Positions 18,282-27,747 of a stretch of 64,000 nt of DNA are shown here, one piece after another. The notes beneath the pieces were generated by a model, which was not told the origin of the DNA, made no database searches, and saw nothing but the letters and a program-made list of their open reading frames with translations. The stretch lies in the sequence record NZ_CP017043.1; one strand, written 5' to 3'. Origin of the DNA: a plasmid. Positions within the stretch are counted from its first letter, which is position 1, and every line of letters begins with the position of its first letter. The translations under genes and the position numbers were made by a program.

Positions 18282-19594
18282 AACGCAATGTTTTGCGTCA
18301 CATAGATATTAAAGGTGTAGCCCGGCGCAACTGTCGCAGTCGGTGCCTGTATCTCCGTGAGCGCCGTGAACGCAGACGAATCCAGCGTGACGCGATCCAC
18401 CGCGACCGTAGAAAGCGCCGTTAAAGCACTGTTGAACAAGCCTTTCATGAAGTTGCTCCCCGTATGACGATGGAGCTTCCCTTGAACGCCCGAATAACCA
18501 ACACCGTCAACGGCCATCATAGCGTTTCCAATGTTCCATGATCCACCGTTTGGCAGAACTACGGTGTCGAAAGAAAGCCCAATGCGGCTCGATACGTTTC
18601 TGCTGCCGCTGCCGCCTTCCACCTTTCCGATTGTGCCAAGGACACGGCTGCCGGCCGGGATGATCAGATTGAGGCCGTTTACGTCATACACATCTGCCAT
18701 CACCTGTGCAATAACCGGTCCCGGTGCATCCGTATTGATCCCCGTCAAGAGCATGGCCGGGATAAGCGTACCGGCCATTACGGTACGTTCTGACGGCTCG
18801 CTGTAAGTGGGAGATGAACTGCGCTGCGCAGTATTGATGACTCTTCCGCTTGCACTTCCGTCACCTGCAGCCGCAGGGTCTCCCCCACCAACGCCTGTAT
18901 CAGATGATTTCCCGCCTCCATCAAAAGCAAAGGCGATCGCAGATCTTAATTGCTCCTTGAAACGATCTGCTGCAGCACGCTCCTCCTCGATGCGTGCCTG
19001 GTCTTGTGACGGCAACGCGTAATTCTGGCTGTATGCGCCGCCGGGAGGAGGCATAACAACCGATGTCCGTGGGACATCGGCATAGCCCGAATAGCCTGGC
19101 TGCTGCGGAATTGCCTGAATTCCTTCCGTTGACTGAGGCGGCACGCCGTTCGGATATTGCTCCTGGGGAATATCCGCATTTTTATGCGGGTCTTGCTGCT
19201 GGCGATTCCTTGATGCGTTCGCTCGTTCAAGCGCCCCGTAATCATCGGACAGTCTGCTTGTACTTCCTCCCTGGACGCGTGCAGAGTCCGCAATATCTTC
19301 GACGCGGGCGCTCTTTTTCTCCGTATGCTCGCCATCATCGCTCGCTGCGTAGAAAAATGCCAAACCAAAGACGAGAAAGAAAAACACCACAATCCCTGTA
19401 ACAACAGGCTTTGAGAGGCCAAAGATCGTATCATGCTCTCCTTTGAGCATGGACTTATTGCCCTCTGGTGTCTTAATATCCATCCCCTTATCCAACTCTT
19501 CGTCCGGAATGGCAAGCCCTTCTTCATCCTTCTTCATTTTCAATTTTCGCCCAGCGACTTCCGAGAGATTGCCTATGATCTCTTTCAGTTTCAA
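18278..19594 (-). CDS. virB10: VirB10/TrbI family T4SS protein (438 aa)
   Basis: N-terminal TM, a Pro/Gln-rich linker, and a C-terminal TrbI-type beta-barrel region (GTLIPAMLLTGINTDAPGPVIAQV...GSRVLG...). Confidence 0.7.
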   Translation of the reverse strand: MKLKEIIGNLSEVAGRKLKMKKDEEGLAIPDEELDKGMDIKTPEGNKSMLKGEHDTIFGLSKPVVTGIVVFFFLVFGLAFFYAASDDGEHTEKKSARVEDIADSARVQGGSTSRLSDDYGALERANASRNRQQQDPHKNADIPQEQYPNGVPPQSTEGIQAIPQQPGYSGYADVPRTSVVMPPPGGAYSQNYALPSQDQARIEEERAAADRFKEQLRSAIAFAFDGGGKSSDTGVGGGDPAAAGDGSASGRVINTAQRSSSPTYSEPSERTVMAGTLIPAMLLTGINTDAPGPVIAQVMADVYDVNGLNLIIPAGSRVLGTIGKVEGGSGSRNVSSRIGLSFDTVVLPNGGSWNIGNAMMAVDGVGYSGVQGKLHRHTGSNFMKGLFNSALTALSTVAVDRVTLDSSAFTALTEIQAPTATVAPGYTFNIYVTQNIAF

Positions 19595-19616
19595 TGAAGT
19601 CAGCTCCTTTCAAGGG

Positions 19617-20747
19617 TTATTTCTTGCGCTCAATCCTGACAATATCACTTTCTCCATACCGCAGTTCCGCGCGGTCGATAATTCGGTCGATGATATAGCA
19701 GTTGTCTTTTGTCTTGAAGTTCGCCAGGCTGAGATCCTTTTTCCCAGGCTCGCGGATGAACAATGCGGGCAAACGCTTCACGCCTTTGTTCACACGGATG
19801 ATGGTTTTCTCCCCATCGTCGAAAACCATCTCCGGCTTATAGCTGTCATTTCCTTTCACGGAGACCTTGTAGGAAAAATTCAGTTTGTCAACGCCGGTCA
19901 CACTCATATCCGCCGTAATGGTCTGCTCATCCTTTGCGTTTTGCAGGATCGCAGTCTGGGCGTCCTCGAGGCCGTAGCTCCACCGCACCATGGGATTATA
20001 CCAATCACTCACAGTGAGGATCAGCTGATAGCTCCTCTTATTCGTGGTGATGATCAGGTTTGTCGTACTGGACTGCACGACCGGTTTGACGTAGATGTGC
20101 GGCACACCAGCCACGGTCGTAGCATTGACTGCCCACGAACTGGTGTCGCCCCCGCCCACAAAGGAGATCTGCTCGCCCTTTTTCAGCTCAATATCCGTGA
20201 GGTATCCTGTACGGCAGTAAATTTTGTAGAGCTGATCGGGCGCATACGAAAAGGTCATCGTGCTGTTTCCCTGTGCGTTGGCAGCATCCTGCGTGTAGGA
20301 GACAGTATTCCCGCCGTATGGCACTGGATTGATGAGTGCCCGCCTGGAAGAATTGTCATCATAATCGTTGTATGACGCTCTGTACCTGCTCTCCAGGAGC
20401 TGCATCAGCTCCATCTGCAGATCGGACTGAGCTCTAAGCTCTGCCTCGAGATCTGCCAGTCGCTCAGAAATCGTGCGGATCAGGTCTTCGTTTCCGCTGT
20501 TTTTCTGATCCTTCAGCGACTCGAGTTGTCCGGTCAAGCTGTCCAATTCGTTTTGAAGCTGTTCGCTGTGCCGCATCGCACTTTCTGCTGCACCGCTGAT
20601 TTCAGGATCGGCCTCCTGCTCCACGGGCGCATATTTTGCTCGGAATTCCGAAAGCGTGGCCGCATTGACCGTCCCTGAACCCCATACGCTGGAGCACAGG
20701 AGCGAGCAGCAAACAAGCAGTTTGAGATTAGCTTTGTTCAGTTTCAT
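19617..20747 (-). CDS. VirB9/TrbG-like T4SS outer-membrane/core complex protein (376 aa)
   Basis: Signal peptide (LLVCCSLLCSSVWGSGTVNAA) and a coiled-coil linker, followed by a beta-rich C-terminal domain. Lies between the VirB8- and VirB10-like genes. Confidence 0.5.
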   Translation of the reverse strand: MKLNKANLKLLVCCSLLCSSVWGSGTVNAATLSEFRAKYAPVEQEADPEISGAAESAMRHSEQLQNELDSLTGQLESLKDQKNSGNEDLIRTISERLADLEAELRAQSDLQMELMQLLESRYRASYNDYDDNSSRRALINPVPYGGNTVSYTQDAANAQGNSTMTFSYAPDQLYKIYCRTGYLTDIELKKGEQISFVGGGDTSSWAVNATTVAGVPHIYVKPVVQSSTTNLIITTNKRSYQLILTVSDWYNPMVRWSYGLEDAQTAILQNAKDEQTITADMSVTGVDKLNFSYKVSVKGNDSYKPEMVFDDGEKTIIRVNKGVKRLPALFIREPGKKDLSLANFKTKDNCYIIDRIIDRAELRYGESDIVRIERKK

Positions 20748-20766
20748 TCTTCATTCTCCTCTTCTT

Positions 20767-21537
20767 TTATGGCTTGGTCGTCTGAGTTGCCTGTGCAGTC
20801 TGTGGCGCATTCGGCTCCTGGGTAGCCTTCGTTTCAGTATCCCGCTCCCAGCGCAGATCCTTGATGTAGATACCCAGAGGGTTGACGGCGAGTTTCTCCT
20901 TGTCGTCCGTCTTGATGATTTCAACGGTGAATAGTCCTGTATACGGCGTAACTTCACGTCGGCTGGCACCAGCCCGGTATTCAACCTCTGACCAGCGCAC
21001 CTGATAGCTTTTACCGCCCTCCATGGGAATAACGCTGTTGATCGTGACCTGAACGGTCGCATTATGCATCTTCTGCACACGATTCTCCGCTTCCATGCGC
21101 GACGTGAGGATATTCGCACCATCTTTGGTTAAGAAGCTATAAGCTGTGCTCAGCTGCTTATTGTAAACGACCTCATCCAAAGGAACGCTGCGAATATCCT
21201 GGACAAACTGACGGATAAAGTAACTATACACCTCATCGCTCGGCGTATAGTTGGCCATGGAATTTGCTGTCCCGACGTTGCGAACCTCCCCTGTCTTGAT
21301 GTCCGTTTCGACTACATAGACAAGCGTGTTCTCGGTGATTGCTTTGTAGCACAGAGCCCCGGCCAGCGCCACGATGACAATGACAAGCCCCAATAAAAGC
21401 CGCCGCAGATTGTAATTCTGCTCAATGATCTCTCCCTCGCGGGCGTCCCACTTGCGGCTGGCTTTCTCAGCCGGACTTTGCGAAGTCGTCGGCGGCGTAA
21501 AATGCTCCGCGCGATGAAACAGTTGATCAATCTTCAA
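20767..21537 (-). CDS. VirB8/TrbF-like bitopic T4SS protein (256 aa)
   Basis: Single N-terminal TM (LLLGLVIVIVALAGALCY) and a periplasmic domain of NTF2-like size. Position matches VirB8. Confidence 0.5.
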   Translation of the reverse strand: MKIDQLFHRAEHFTPPTTSQSPAEKASRKWDAREGEIIEQNYNLRRLLLGLVIVIVALAGALCYKAITENTLVYVVETDIKTGEVRNVGTANSMANYTPSDEVYSYFIRQFVQDIRSVPLDEVVYNKQLSTAYSFLTKDGANILTSRMEAENRVQKMHNATVQVTINSVIPMEGGKSYQVRWSEVEYRAGASRREVTPYTGLFTVEIIKTDDKEKLAVNPLGIYIKDLRWERDTETKATQEPNAPQTAQATQTTKP

Positions 21538-22193
21538 GAAAATACCTCCCTGACATTCTTTGTTGATAAAGACTTTATGCCAATGCCGTATCGGATGAGA
21601 TGACCGATCAGCATAGAAATAAGGGAAACGAGTGGGTTGCAGAGACCGAACAAGACGCCGTAGAAGATCCCTTTGCGTCTGTCTCCTTTGAAGTGACTCC
21701 TAAGAAAAAGAGCTGCCATACTGACAGAGACGATTTCAACGCCAAAAATCCGCATAGTTTGCTCTTCCAGAGGAAGAAACGCCAACTGATATAACCAGTG
21801 CGGCATGGGCAGAGCAAGCAAATAATAGAGGAGTACAAGGATAAGCCCGGCGAGATCGTATGGGATATATGTCTCCGTATGCTGATTCTGTTCTGCGCGG
21901 TGGAAACGGCAGAACACGTAAAACGCTGCTGCGCCCATACCGCATAGGAGAAAATATATCAGTACCGCTTTTTCATAGATAAACGCGCCGGCGAGAAACA
22001 GCAGAAAGAGAAGCTTTACATCCATCCCTATGCCGGATAAATCCGCACAGGAGATGTGCCATAAGAGAAACGAAAGAAAAAGCACATATAAGGGATTTTC
22101 CGGCTTCGTAAAGTAGATCAGCAGGACATCCAGCACAAATATCCCGGCCAGATGCTTCCATATCACATAGAACACCTCCAACCCAAATTTCAT
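21534..22193 (-). CDS. Polytopic inner-membrane protein (219 aa)
   Basis: Five to six predicted TM helices. First gene after an intergenic terminator/promoter region carrying the conserved motif (22213-22232). Confidence 0.4.
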   Translation of the reverse strand: MKFGLEVFYVIWKHLAGIFVLDVLLIYFTKPENPLYVLFLSFLLWHISCADLSGIGMDVKLLFLLFLAGAFIYEKAVLIYFLLCGMGAAAFYVFCRFHRAEQNQHTETYIPYDLAGLILVLLYYLLALPMPHWLYQLAFLPLEEQTMRIFGVEIVSVSMAALFLRSHFKGDRRKGIFYGVLFGLCNPLVSLISMLIGHLIRYGIGIKSLSTKNVREVFS

Positions 22194-22212
22194 TTTATCT
22201 AAAAAAAGCTGC

Positions 22213-22232
22213 TGAAATTCCTGTCATTTGTC
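22213..22232 (-). promoter_or_regulatory. Conserved upstream motif instance (219-aa/VirB8-9-10 operon) embedded in terminator-like hairpin GCTGCTGA...TCAGCAGC
   Basis: gaaaTTCCTGTCATTTGTCA. Confidence 0.45.
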
Positions 22233-22242
22233 AGCAGCGTCG

Positions 22243-22812
22243 TTACTCTTTCGATTTCTCGCTGTCTGATGAAAAACGGCTTCCTTCGCCGCCGTAGTAA
22301 GTAATTGCGTCAGACGGCTGCGTGCTTCCGTTTCCGCTCTGGATGAAGGCGATTGGATCTGAATATTTGCGTTCCCGTGCTTCGCTGTGTGATGCGGAAG
22401 CATTTTCTGCAGCGCCCTGCATAGCTTCTTGTGGAAGTGTTACCGGGCGCGCTGTAATGACGGGAATATTCGGCCTTGGGAAGTTGATGTTGGGAATGCT
22501 CGGCAGCGCTCTTCCTGGGTGTGTATTTGCCCCGTCCTTATGCGCAGCAGCAGAGAACGCAATGAAGGGGCTAAGCTCACGTATGGTCTCATGGAATATG
22601 GGGACTGCCTGTGGCAGATTCACATCTGCAGCAGGTGTAATCTGCATAAAACTGTCCCGTATCTTCGTATCTGTGGTATATGCGGATCCCATGACAGCAC
22701 CATAGAGAGCGGTCACAAGCAATGCTCCCAGGATCTTCCCCTTTTTCTGTATCATCAGCATAGGCAGCCTCCTACTTTGTATAAATACGGCAGCGTAAAT
22801 CTGTCTGCACAT
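22243..22812 (-). CDS. Membrane-anchored hypothetical protein (189 aa)
   Basis: N-terminal TM (ILGALLVTALYGAVMG) and a Pro-rich periplasmic region. Confidence 0.35.
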   Translation of the reverse strand: MCRQIYAAVFIQSRRLPMLMIQKKGKILGALLVTALYGAVMGSAYTTDTKIRDSFMQITPAADVNLPQAVPIFHETIRELSPFIAFSAAAHKDGANTHPGRALPSIPNINFPRPNIPVITARPVTLPQEAMQGAAENASASHSEARERKYSDPIAFIQSGNGSTQPSDAITYYGGEGSRFSSDSEKSKE

Positions 22813-23263
22813 ATCCGTCTACTGGATACATCTTGATAGACATGATGGATACGAGCGCATCCTTTGCACGAAAGTCCTCTAAAAACGTGATATTGTTTGC
22901 ATACGCTCCTTTGACCGACAACGTGAATGTTTGAAACGGCGCTTCTTCCTCGCCGCTGGAATGCAGGGATTGATAAGAAATAAGTTCCAGCTGATGCGCC
23001 TGGACTGCAAAAAGAATATCCGACGATACTGCCTCTATTTGCTCCGGAAGAACCGGGCGATAGGTTTGATTGTTGATAAAACCAGCCTGTTCCTGCCACT
23101 CTGTCATTGTTGCACGGATCTCGGCCGCTTGCTGATAAAGAGTGCTGAGTTTGCCAAGACTGAGAAAAAGCGCTGCCGTCATGCAACATCCACCGATGAG
23201 CAGCAATAAAAGCAGACCAGCACGTATATAGCTTTGAGGATTCAATCGTCCGCACATATTCAC
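22772..23263 (-). CDS. Putative lipoprotein / membrane-anchored protein (163 aa)
   Basis: Hydrophobic leader with a possible lipobox (LLLLLLIGGCC). Composition is protein-like, unlike the overlapping alternative frame 22755..23273. Confidence 0.4.
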   Translation of the reverse strand: MNMCGRLNPQSYIRAGLLLLLLIGGCCMTAALFLSLGKLSTLYQQAAEIRATMTEWQEQAGFINNQTYRPVLPEQIEAVSSDILFAVQAHQLELISYQSLHSSGEEEAPFQTFTLSVKGAYANNITFLEDFRAKDALVSIMSIKMYPVDGYVQTDLRCRIYTK

Positions 23264-23733
23264 GGCTGCACACTCCTTATCGAGAGTCTCACAACTCTGC
23301 GCCCCTCGGCGTCCTGGTATATGCTGTCAATAGAGGAGTCTCTAAGCATGGGGCTGCGGTTTATGTTTTCACGGAAGGCTTGCAGCGCGCCATCATTCTC
23401 CGGCATAAAGGTCACATACGCATATGGCAGCGCATTCCCATCTGCATCATAGAGATCACCAACGGCGACCTCCAGCAAGTGACAGCCATCGGGTCTTGCC
23501 ATCAGCAACTCGTTGAGTCCCTGTCGAACATGGGGATCTTCTTTTTCCGCAAGCTGAATGCTCTGCATTTCGCGCCGCATCTGAACAAGATCTTTGTTTG
23601 CCTGATCGTAGTCGGACAGCTGCGCCTGGGAAAAATGAATGGTCGAGCTATAAATAACGACCGTCGCTTCCATGCAGAACAGGATCAGCAGACAGATCAC
23701 GGTCATTTTGTGTTTCCTCAGCTTTTCATTCAC
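23260..23733 (-). CDS. Membrane-anchored coiled-coil protein (157 aa)
   Basis: N-terminal TM (VICLLILFCMEATVVIY) then a helical region. Start overlaps the upstream gene. Confidence 0.35.
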   Translation of the reverse strand: MNEKLRKHKMTVICLLILFCMEATVVIYSSTIHFSQAQLSDYDQANKDLVQMRREMQSIQLAEKEDPHVRQGLNELLMARPDGCHLLEVAVGDLYDADGNALPYAYVTFMPENDGALQAFRENINRSPMLRDSSIDSIYQDAEGRRVVRLSIRSVQP

Positions 23734-23764
23734 CGAGCAATCAACTCCTTTGGGCGAATAAAAT

Positions 23765-24277
23765 TCATAAGATAACGCCGTCTTTCTTTACGAAGAATCT
23801 CGGGACAAGGGTTCCGATGCGCGTTTCTATGATGTCATCGGGCTGCATTGATCTCCTTGCAACCATCGTGACCGATTGTCCATGCGCATCCATATAGAGA
23901 TATGCGCAGCCTGTGAGCATACGCCATATCCCTGCACCGGAATTTTTCTGCTTGGCATACGCGCTCCAATCCATCTCTCTTATAGCAGGATCGTCCGACA
24001 GTCTCTTCAACGTCTGCCGGAAAGCGCAAACATCAAATTCCTTCGTTGCTGCTGTAACGGTCACGGCAATATCGTGCGTCATAATGCGCAGCGTGATCAA
24101 AATAGGCGAACTGTGTTCACCTATGGAATACTCTGCAGCGTTGGCTACTGCCGCCTCGATGGCTTCCAGGAAAGTATGGTCGTTATAAAAAAAAGACCGA
24201 TACAAGATGCCGTAAATTTGTTCTTGCATTTCAGCGTACTCGTCAAGCCCAGAGCATTGAAATTGGTGGTGTTGCAT
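23765..24277 (-). CDS. Hypothetical cytoplasmic protein (170 aa), weak resemblance to GHKL/anti-sigma-kinase fold
   Basis: ORF with protein-like composition. The domain call is by weak pattern similarity only. Confidence 0.3.
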   Translation of the reverse strand: MQHHQFQCSGLDEYAEMQEQIYGILYRSFFYNDHTFLEAIEAAVANAAEYSIGEHSSPILITLRIMTHDIAVTVTAATKEFDVCAFRQTLKRLSDDPAIREMDWSAYAKQKNSGAGIWRMLTGCAYLYMDAHGQSVTMVARRSMQPDDIIETRIGTLVPRFFVKKDGVIL

Positions 24278-24290
24278 TGCACATCCTCAT

Positions 24291-24806
24291 CTATTTTGTC
24301 AATAAAGGTATGACGCGGCTATATATCCGATCTGTCGAGATCGTGCCGGTATAGCGCCCATCATAACTCCTTGCCGCGTATGTATATGGCAGGAACTGTC
24401 CCTGCTCAATCTCGTAGAACCCGCAGCGCGGCGTCATTGTGTGTCCCTTCCCATCGCCGGTCATAGCGTATCCGATCAGCTTTCCATTGACGCTGAACCG
24501 AAGATCTGGATCGACCTCATAGAAACCGCCCTCTATCGCTGCGTATTTGATGAACGCAGGATCAGCATCGTTCGGCAGCCAACCATTATGACGAACGGTC
24601 TCCATAACATCTTCATCCTGTTCATAAGCAACAATATCCCCATCTCGAACCGCAAAGCCGGGAATCGCAAGGTAGAGCCCAATAGGGAGACTGGCCGTTG
24701 TATTCATGTAAATCAATGTGGGCATCTGCAGATGAAGCGGATTGACCACGAGAAATACATATAACCACAATGCAGACCAGATATAGAAACGCCTTGTTAT
24801 GCGCAT
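24291..24806 (-). CDS. TraF-like S26-family signal/pilin-processing peptidase (start at MRITRR; SD GGAGGAG)
   Basis: N-terminal TM, then NTTASLPIGLYLAIP, which resembles the SxPxGLY box of plasmid TraF (RP4) S26C peptidases. Confidence 0.5.
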   Translation of the reverse strand: MRITRRFYIWSALWLYVFLVVNPLHLQMPTLIYMNTTASLPIGLYLAIPGFAVRDGDIVAYEQDEDVMETVRHNGWLPNDADPAFIKYAAIEGGFYEVDPDLRFSVNGKLIGYAMTGDGKGHTMTPRCGFYEIEQGQFLPYTYAARSYDGRYTGTISTDRIYSRVIPLLTK

Positions 24807-24846
24807 ATGATCTCCTCCGACATTATTGTATATCAGAGAAAATCCC

Positions 24847-24868
24847 CATTTTTCCTGTCTTTTGAACA
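24847..24868 (-). promoter_or_regulatory. Conserved upstream motif instance (traF operon), downstream of hairpin terminator 24885-24907
   Basis: catttTTCCTGTCTTTTGAACA. On the minus strand TATACAAT lies 21 nt downstream. Confidence 0.45.
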
Positions 24869-24906
24869 AAAAAGATCTGTTCGTTTTGAACAGATCAAAG
24901 GCCTTT

Positions 24907-25620
24907 TCAAAAGATATAGCTTTTCACTTCATCTTGAAAGTTTCGTACATACCGGCCGAAGCTGCCGGAGTTCAGCCCGCATTTATCCGCAAGGACGATA
25001 TTGGAATCATACGGACTCTCCACTATGGTTGCAACAGCAATATTCATGCGGCTATCCTGGTGTAAAATACACTCATCAATCCTCTCGAGGAGCTGGCTGT
25101 ATTGGTCATAATATTGCACAAGCGAGTGAAACCAAAATTCGTCAATGATCTTAAACTCGGGATCCAACTCTTCTTTTGCGGCAATGATGGTCGCCAGTAC
25201 CTCCAACATGTTTATGATTTTTGTCCGGAGAAAAACATCGTTGACGGTCAAACGATACTGCAAAGCGTTGAGCACATTGAGTTTAATCGCTGAATTCCAT
25301 ATGCCTAACTGAGATGAGGATACATGCAGCAGCTCCGTCTGCTTGACAATCGTCTCCTTACGTCTGTATTTCAGATCAACGAAGGCCTGCCAGTCCTGCG
25401 GGAGAGACTGGATCACCATATCGACCAAGATATAATTCGTTTCCTGCTTCATGATGCGAAACAGAATTTTCCCCCACATCGCAGAATCTTTGGCCGAGAG
25501 TTCTCGGACAAAGTGTTTTAATTCTGCCAACTCGGTTCGTTTCTTTTGTGCCTTGAAATGCTCATTGAGCATTGTCTCGGCCAAGTACATTCCCATGATC
25601 GGCTTATTGTAGTACAGCAT
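24907..25620 (-). CDS. Hypothetical protein (237 aa)
   Basis: ORF with protein-like composition. Followed on the minus strand by a hairpin plus T-run terminator at ~24870-24900. Confidence 0.4.
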   Translation of the reverse strand: MLYYNKPIMGMYLAETMLNEHFKAQKKRTELAELKHFVRELSAKDSAMWGKILFRIMKQETNYILVDMVIQSLPQDWQAFVDLKYRRKETIVKQTELLHVSSSQLGIWNSAIKLNVLNALQYRLTVNDVFLRTKIINMLEVLATIIAAKEELDPEFKIIDEFWFHSLVQYYDQYSQLLERIDECILHQDSRMNIAVATIVESPYDSNIVLADKCGLNSGSFGRYVRNFQDEVKSYIF

Positions 25621-25635
25621 ATGACCTCCGTTGTC

Positions 25636-26016
25636 TTATTCATGGGCAAGGCTCGGATAAGCCAAGCTTCGGCAAAAAGTATTCAATCGATCATAGTCTA
25701 TGGTATATGCTTTTGTGTGATCGAAAGATTTTTTCCCTTCAGCCTTGATTGTAAGGATGAAATCCTGTTGTACAAGAGAATGAACAATCCTCTTGATAGT
25801 GCTTTCAGACCAGAAAGGGAATTCCCCATGCTGCCAGTCTGCGATTGTTTTGCATACCCATTTGCGCTCATTCTCATGGAGGCATAGCTCCGTCGTAAGA
25901 AGTTGGTCAAGTCGATGGAGAAATATCGCCTCGTTCATGCCGATCACGACTGCAAGCTCTGCTCCAAAAGAAATGATGTTCTCTCCACCGCACACGGGCG
26001 TAGATACGATGTCCAT
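25636..26016 (-). CDS. Winged-helix 'FPFWSESTIKR' domain protein, short paralog (start MDIVSTPV, SD AAGGAGG)
   Basis: Shares LAVVIGMNEAIFLHRLDQLL...FPFWSESTIKRIVHSL with the N-terminus of the adjacent 381-aa protein. The fold is like replisome-organiser/RepA N-domains. Confidence 0.5.
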   Translation of the reverse strand: MDIVSTPVCGGENIISFGAELAVVIGMNEAIFLHRLDQLLTTELCLHENERKWVCKTIADWQHGEFPFWSESTIKRIVHSLVQQDFILTIKAEGKKSFDHTKAYTIDYDRLNTFCRSLAYPSLAHE

Positions 26017-26114
26017 GATGTACCTCCTTGCATAATACGTCATCACTCATTCAGTATAACCGAATGCAGAATTAAAATACTGCACGTTTTTCTGAATGCG
26101 AAGACCGTATTTCG

Positions 26115-27236
26115 TCAAGGACTCGCCCGTCCATCCACAATTCCATGTCTTCGCAGAAACTCCTGGGCAAACACAGATCCCTCACCGTCGGCAGCTGCCT
26201 GGCGTGTGAGAAACTCGTGCAGGTTTTGTCGGTGTTCTTGTTTTTGCTCTTTTGGGGCAGGAGGCGGTACAGGTGGAACATAACTGCCAGGGGGCTGTGT
26301 TTGGGTTGGAGTTGATTCTTGCCGTGGAGTAACAGGCGCAAATGTATAGTTTTCTTTGAGCGCAGCATGAAGCCAGCCCGTCGGATTCCGGATGATCTTC
26401 GTCTGCATGGCGATCTCCAAAAGTCGGGCTTTGTCGCGCACTTTCTCCTCTCCGTAGCGACGAATAAACTGCTCCAGCGATGATGTGGATACCCCCAGTG
26501 CAGCACAAAGGCCGCGAACGTCGCCTGTTGTTGTTTCACGTATTCTATGCGTGTTCTCTGTTGTAGTCTCTGTTACGCGCGCGCGCGAGGAGGGTGCCCA
26601 AACCCGCGCCGTTACTGGGGTTTCAGCACCTTCCGTCCGTGGTGTCAAATTGACCTCTGTACGTGGTTCATCTTGCTCCCCATGTGGTGTCATTTTGACA
26701 CTTATGCGTGGTTCACCTGATTTGACCTTTTGACCTTCTATGTTATCTTCCGATATATCAGCGGCCTCATGTTCTGGTTGTGTGTCCTCGGGAGCATGGA
26801 CGTCTTCGACATATTCCATCTGCTCTCGCATCGGTGGAGGCGCAGAAATACGCCGGTCGACACTTTCTACGCTCTCCTGAAATTGCTTATGTACGATTTT
26901 TTCACTAAGCTCTTCGATCAACTCATAGTTAATGGTGTAGGCCTTCGTCTTGTTGTAGGAATTTCCGATTACCGTCGATAACATCACCTCTTGATCTTCA
27001 AGAGACTTGATGGTGCGTTTAATCGTGCTCTCCGACCAAAACGGAAATTGGACATTCCATTGCTTGACGGTATTATAAATCCAACGGCGTCCGTATTCGT
27101 CGCAGATGCCCGCCTCACGGCTGATCCAGTATTGCAGCTGCTGCAGAAATATCGCCTCATTCAGGCCGATGAGAACGGCAAGGTTCGGCTGAACGGTAAG
27201 CGGGGATTCTTGGATCAGAAGACTTGACGCTGCCAT
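26115..27236 (-). CDS. Winged-helix 'FPFWSESTIKR' domain protein, long paralog with Pro/Thr-rich C-terminal region
   Basis: The N-domain LAVLIGLNEAIFLQQLQYWI...FPFWSESTIKRTIKSL is paralogous to the upstream ORF. The C-terminus has a second helical domain (GLCAALGVSTSSLEQFIRRYGEEKV). Confidence 0.5.
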   Translation of the reverse strand: MAASSLLIQESPLTVQPNLAVLIGLNEAIFLQQLQYWISREAGICDEYGRRWIYNTVKQWNVQFPFWSESTIKRTIKSLEDQEVMLSTVIGNSYNKTKAYTINYELIEELSEKIVHKQFQESVESVDRRISAPPPMREQMEYVEDVHAPEDTQPEHEAADISEDNIEGQKVKSGEPRISVKMTPHGEQDEPRTEVNLTPRTEGAETPVTARVWAPSSRARVTETTTENTHRIRETTTGDVRGLCAALGVSTSSLEQFIRRYGEEKVRDKARLLEIAMQTKIIRNPTGWLHAALKENYTFAPVTPRQESTPTQTQPPGSYVPPVPPPAPKEQKQEHRQNLHEFLTRQAAADGEGSVFAQEFLRRHGIVDGRASP

Positions 27237-27250
27237 CGTTCTCCACCTTC

Positions 27251-27724
27251 CTATTGCCATAAAACGAGCGGATCGACATACATATAATTCCCATCCGCCC
27301 CTCGAATAATGTACTCGAGGTGCAGATGAGGTCCGGTCACGCGTCCCGTTGCACCAACAAGACCGATAATCGTGCCCTGTCCCACATACTCATCGACTCT
27401 GACATCAACCTCGGACATATGAGCATAGCGTGTATATCCATCAAATAACGGATGATAGAGAAGCACTTGATTACCATAACCGTCCGCATAGTCGCCGGCT
27501 TGTATGACAACGCCGTCGAATAATGCGGGGATAGGCGTTCCTGCCGGATACCCTAGGTCGACACCTGCGTGGAAAGACCATTCTCCTGAGATCGGATGGT
27601 AACGCCATCCGAACGCAGACGTGACAGGAAGATCCGAAGCGTATGCCTGTGCTGACAGGAAAACTAAAAGCCCCATTAGAGCCGCAGAAAAAAACGCTTC
27701 TCGTATTCTGCCCACATTATCCAC
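27251..27724 (-). CDS. Secreted M23-family (LytM) peptidase
   Basis: Signal peptide. Motifs HAGVDLGYPAGTPI and GPHLHLEY (HxxxD and HxH zinc ligands). Confidence 0.8.
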   Translation of the reverse strand: MDNVGRIREAFFSAALMGLLVFLSAQAYASDLPVTSAFGWRYHPISGEWSFHAGVDLGYPAGTPIPALFDGVVIQAGDYADGYGNQVLLYHPLFDGYTRYAHMSEVDVRVDEYVGQGTIIGLVGATGRVTGPHLHLEYIIRGADGNYMYVDPLVLWQ

Positions 27725-27747
27725 TCCCCCAAAAACAACATTATGTT

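Noticed and set aside
22755-23273. 172-aa alternative-frame ORF overlapping 22772..23263
   Set aside because: Same strand but a different frame with junk composition. The 163-aa frame has a leader/lipobox and a protein-like sequence.
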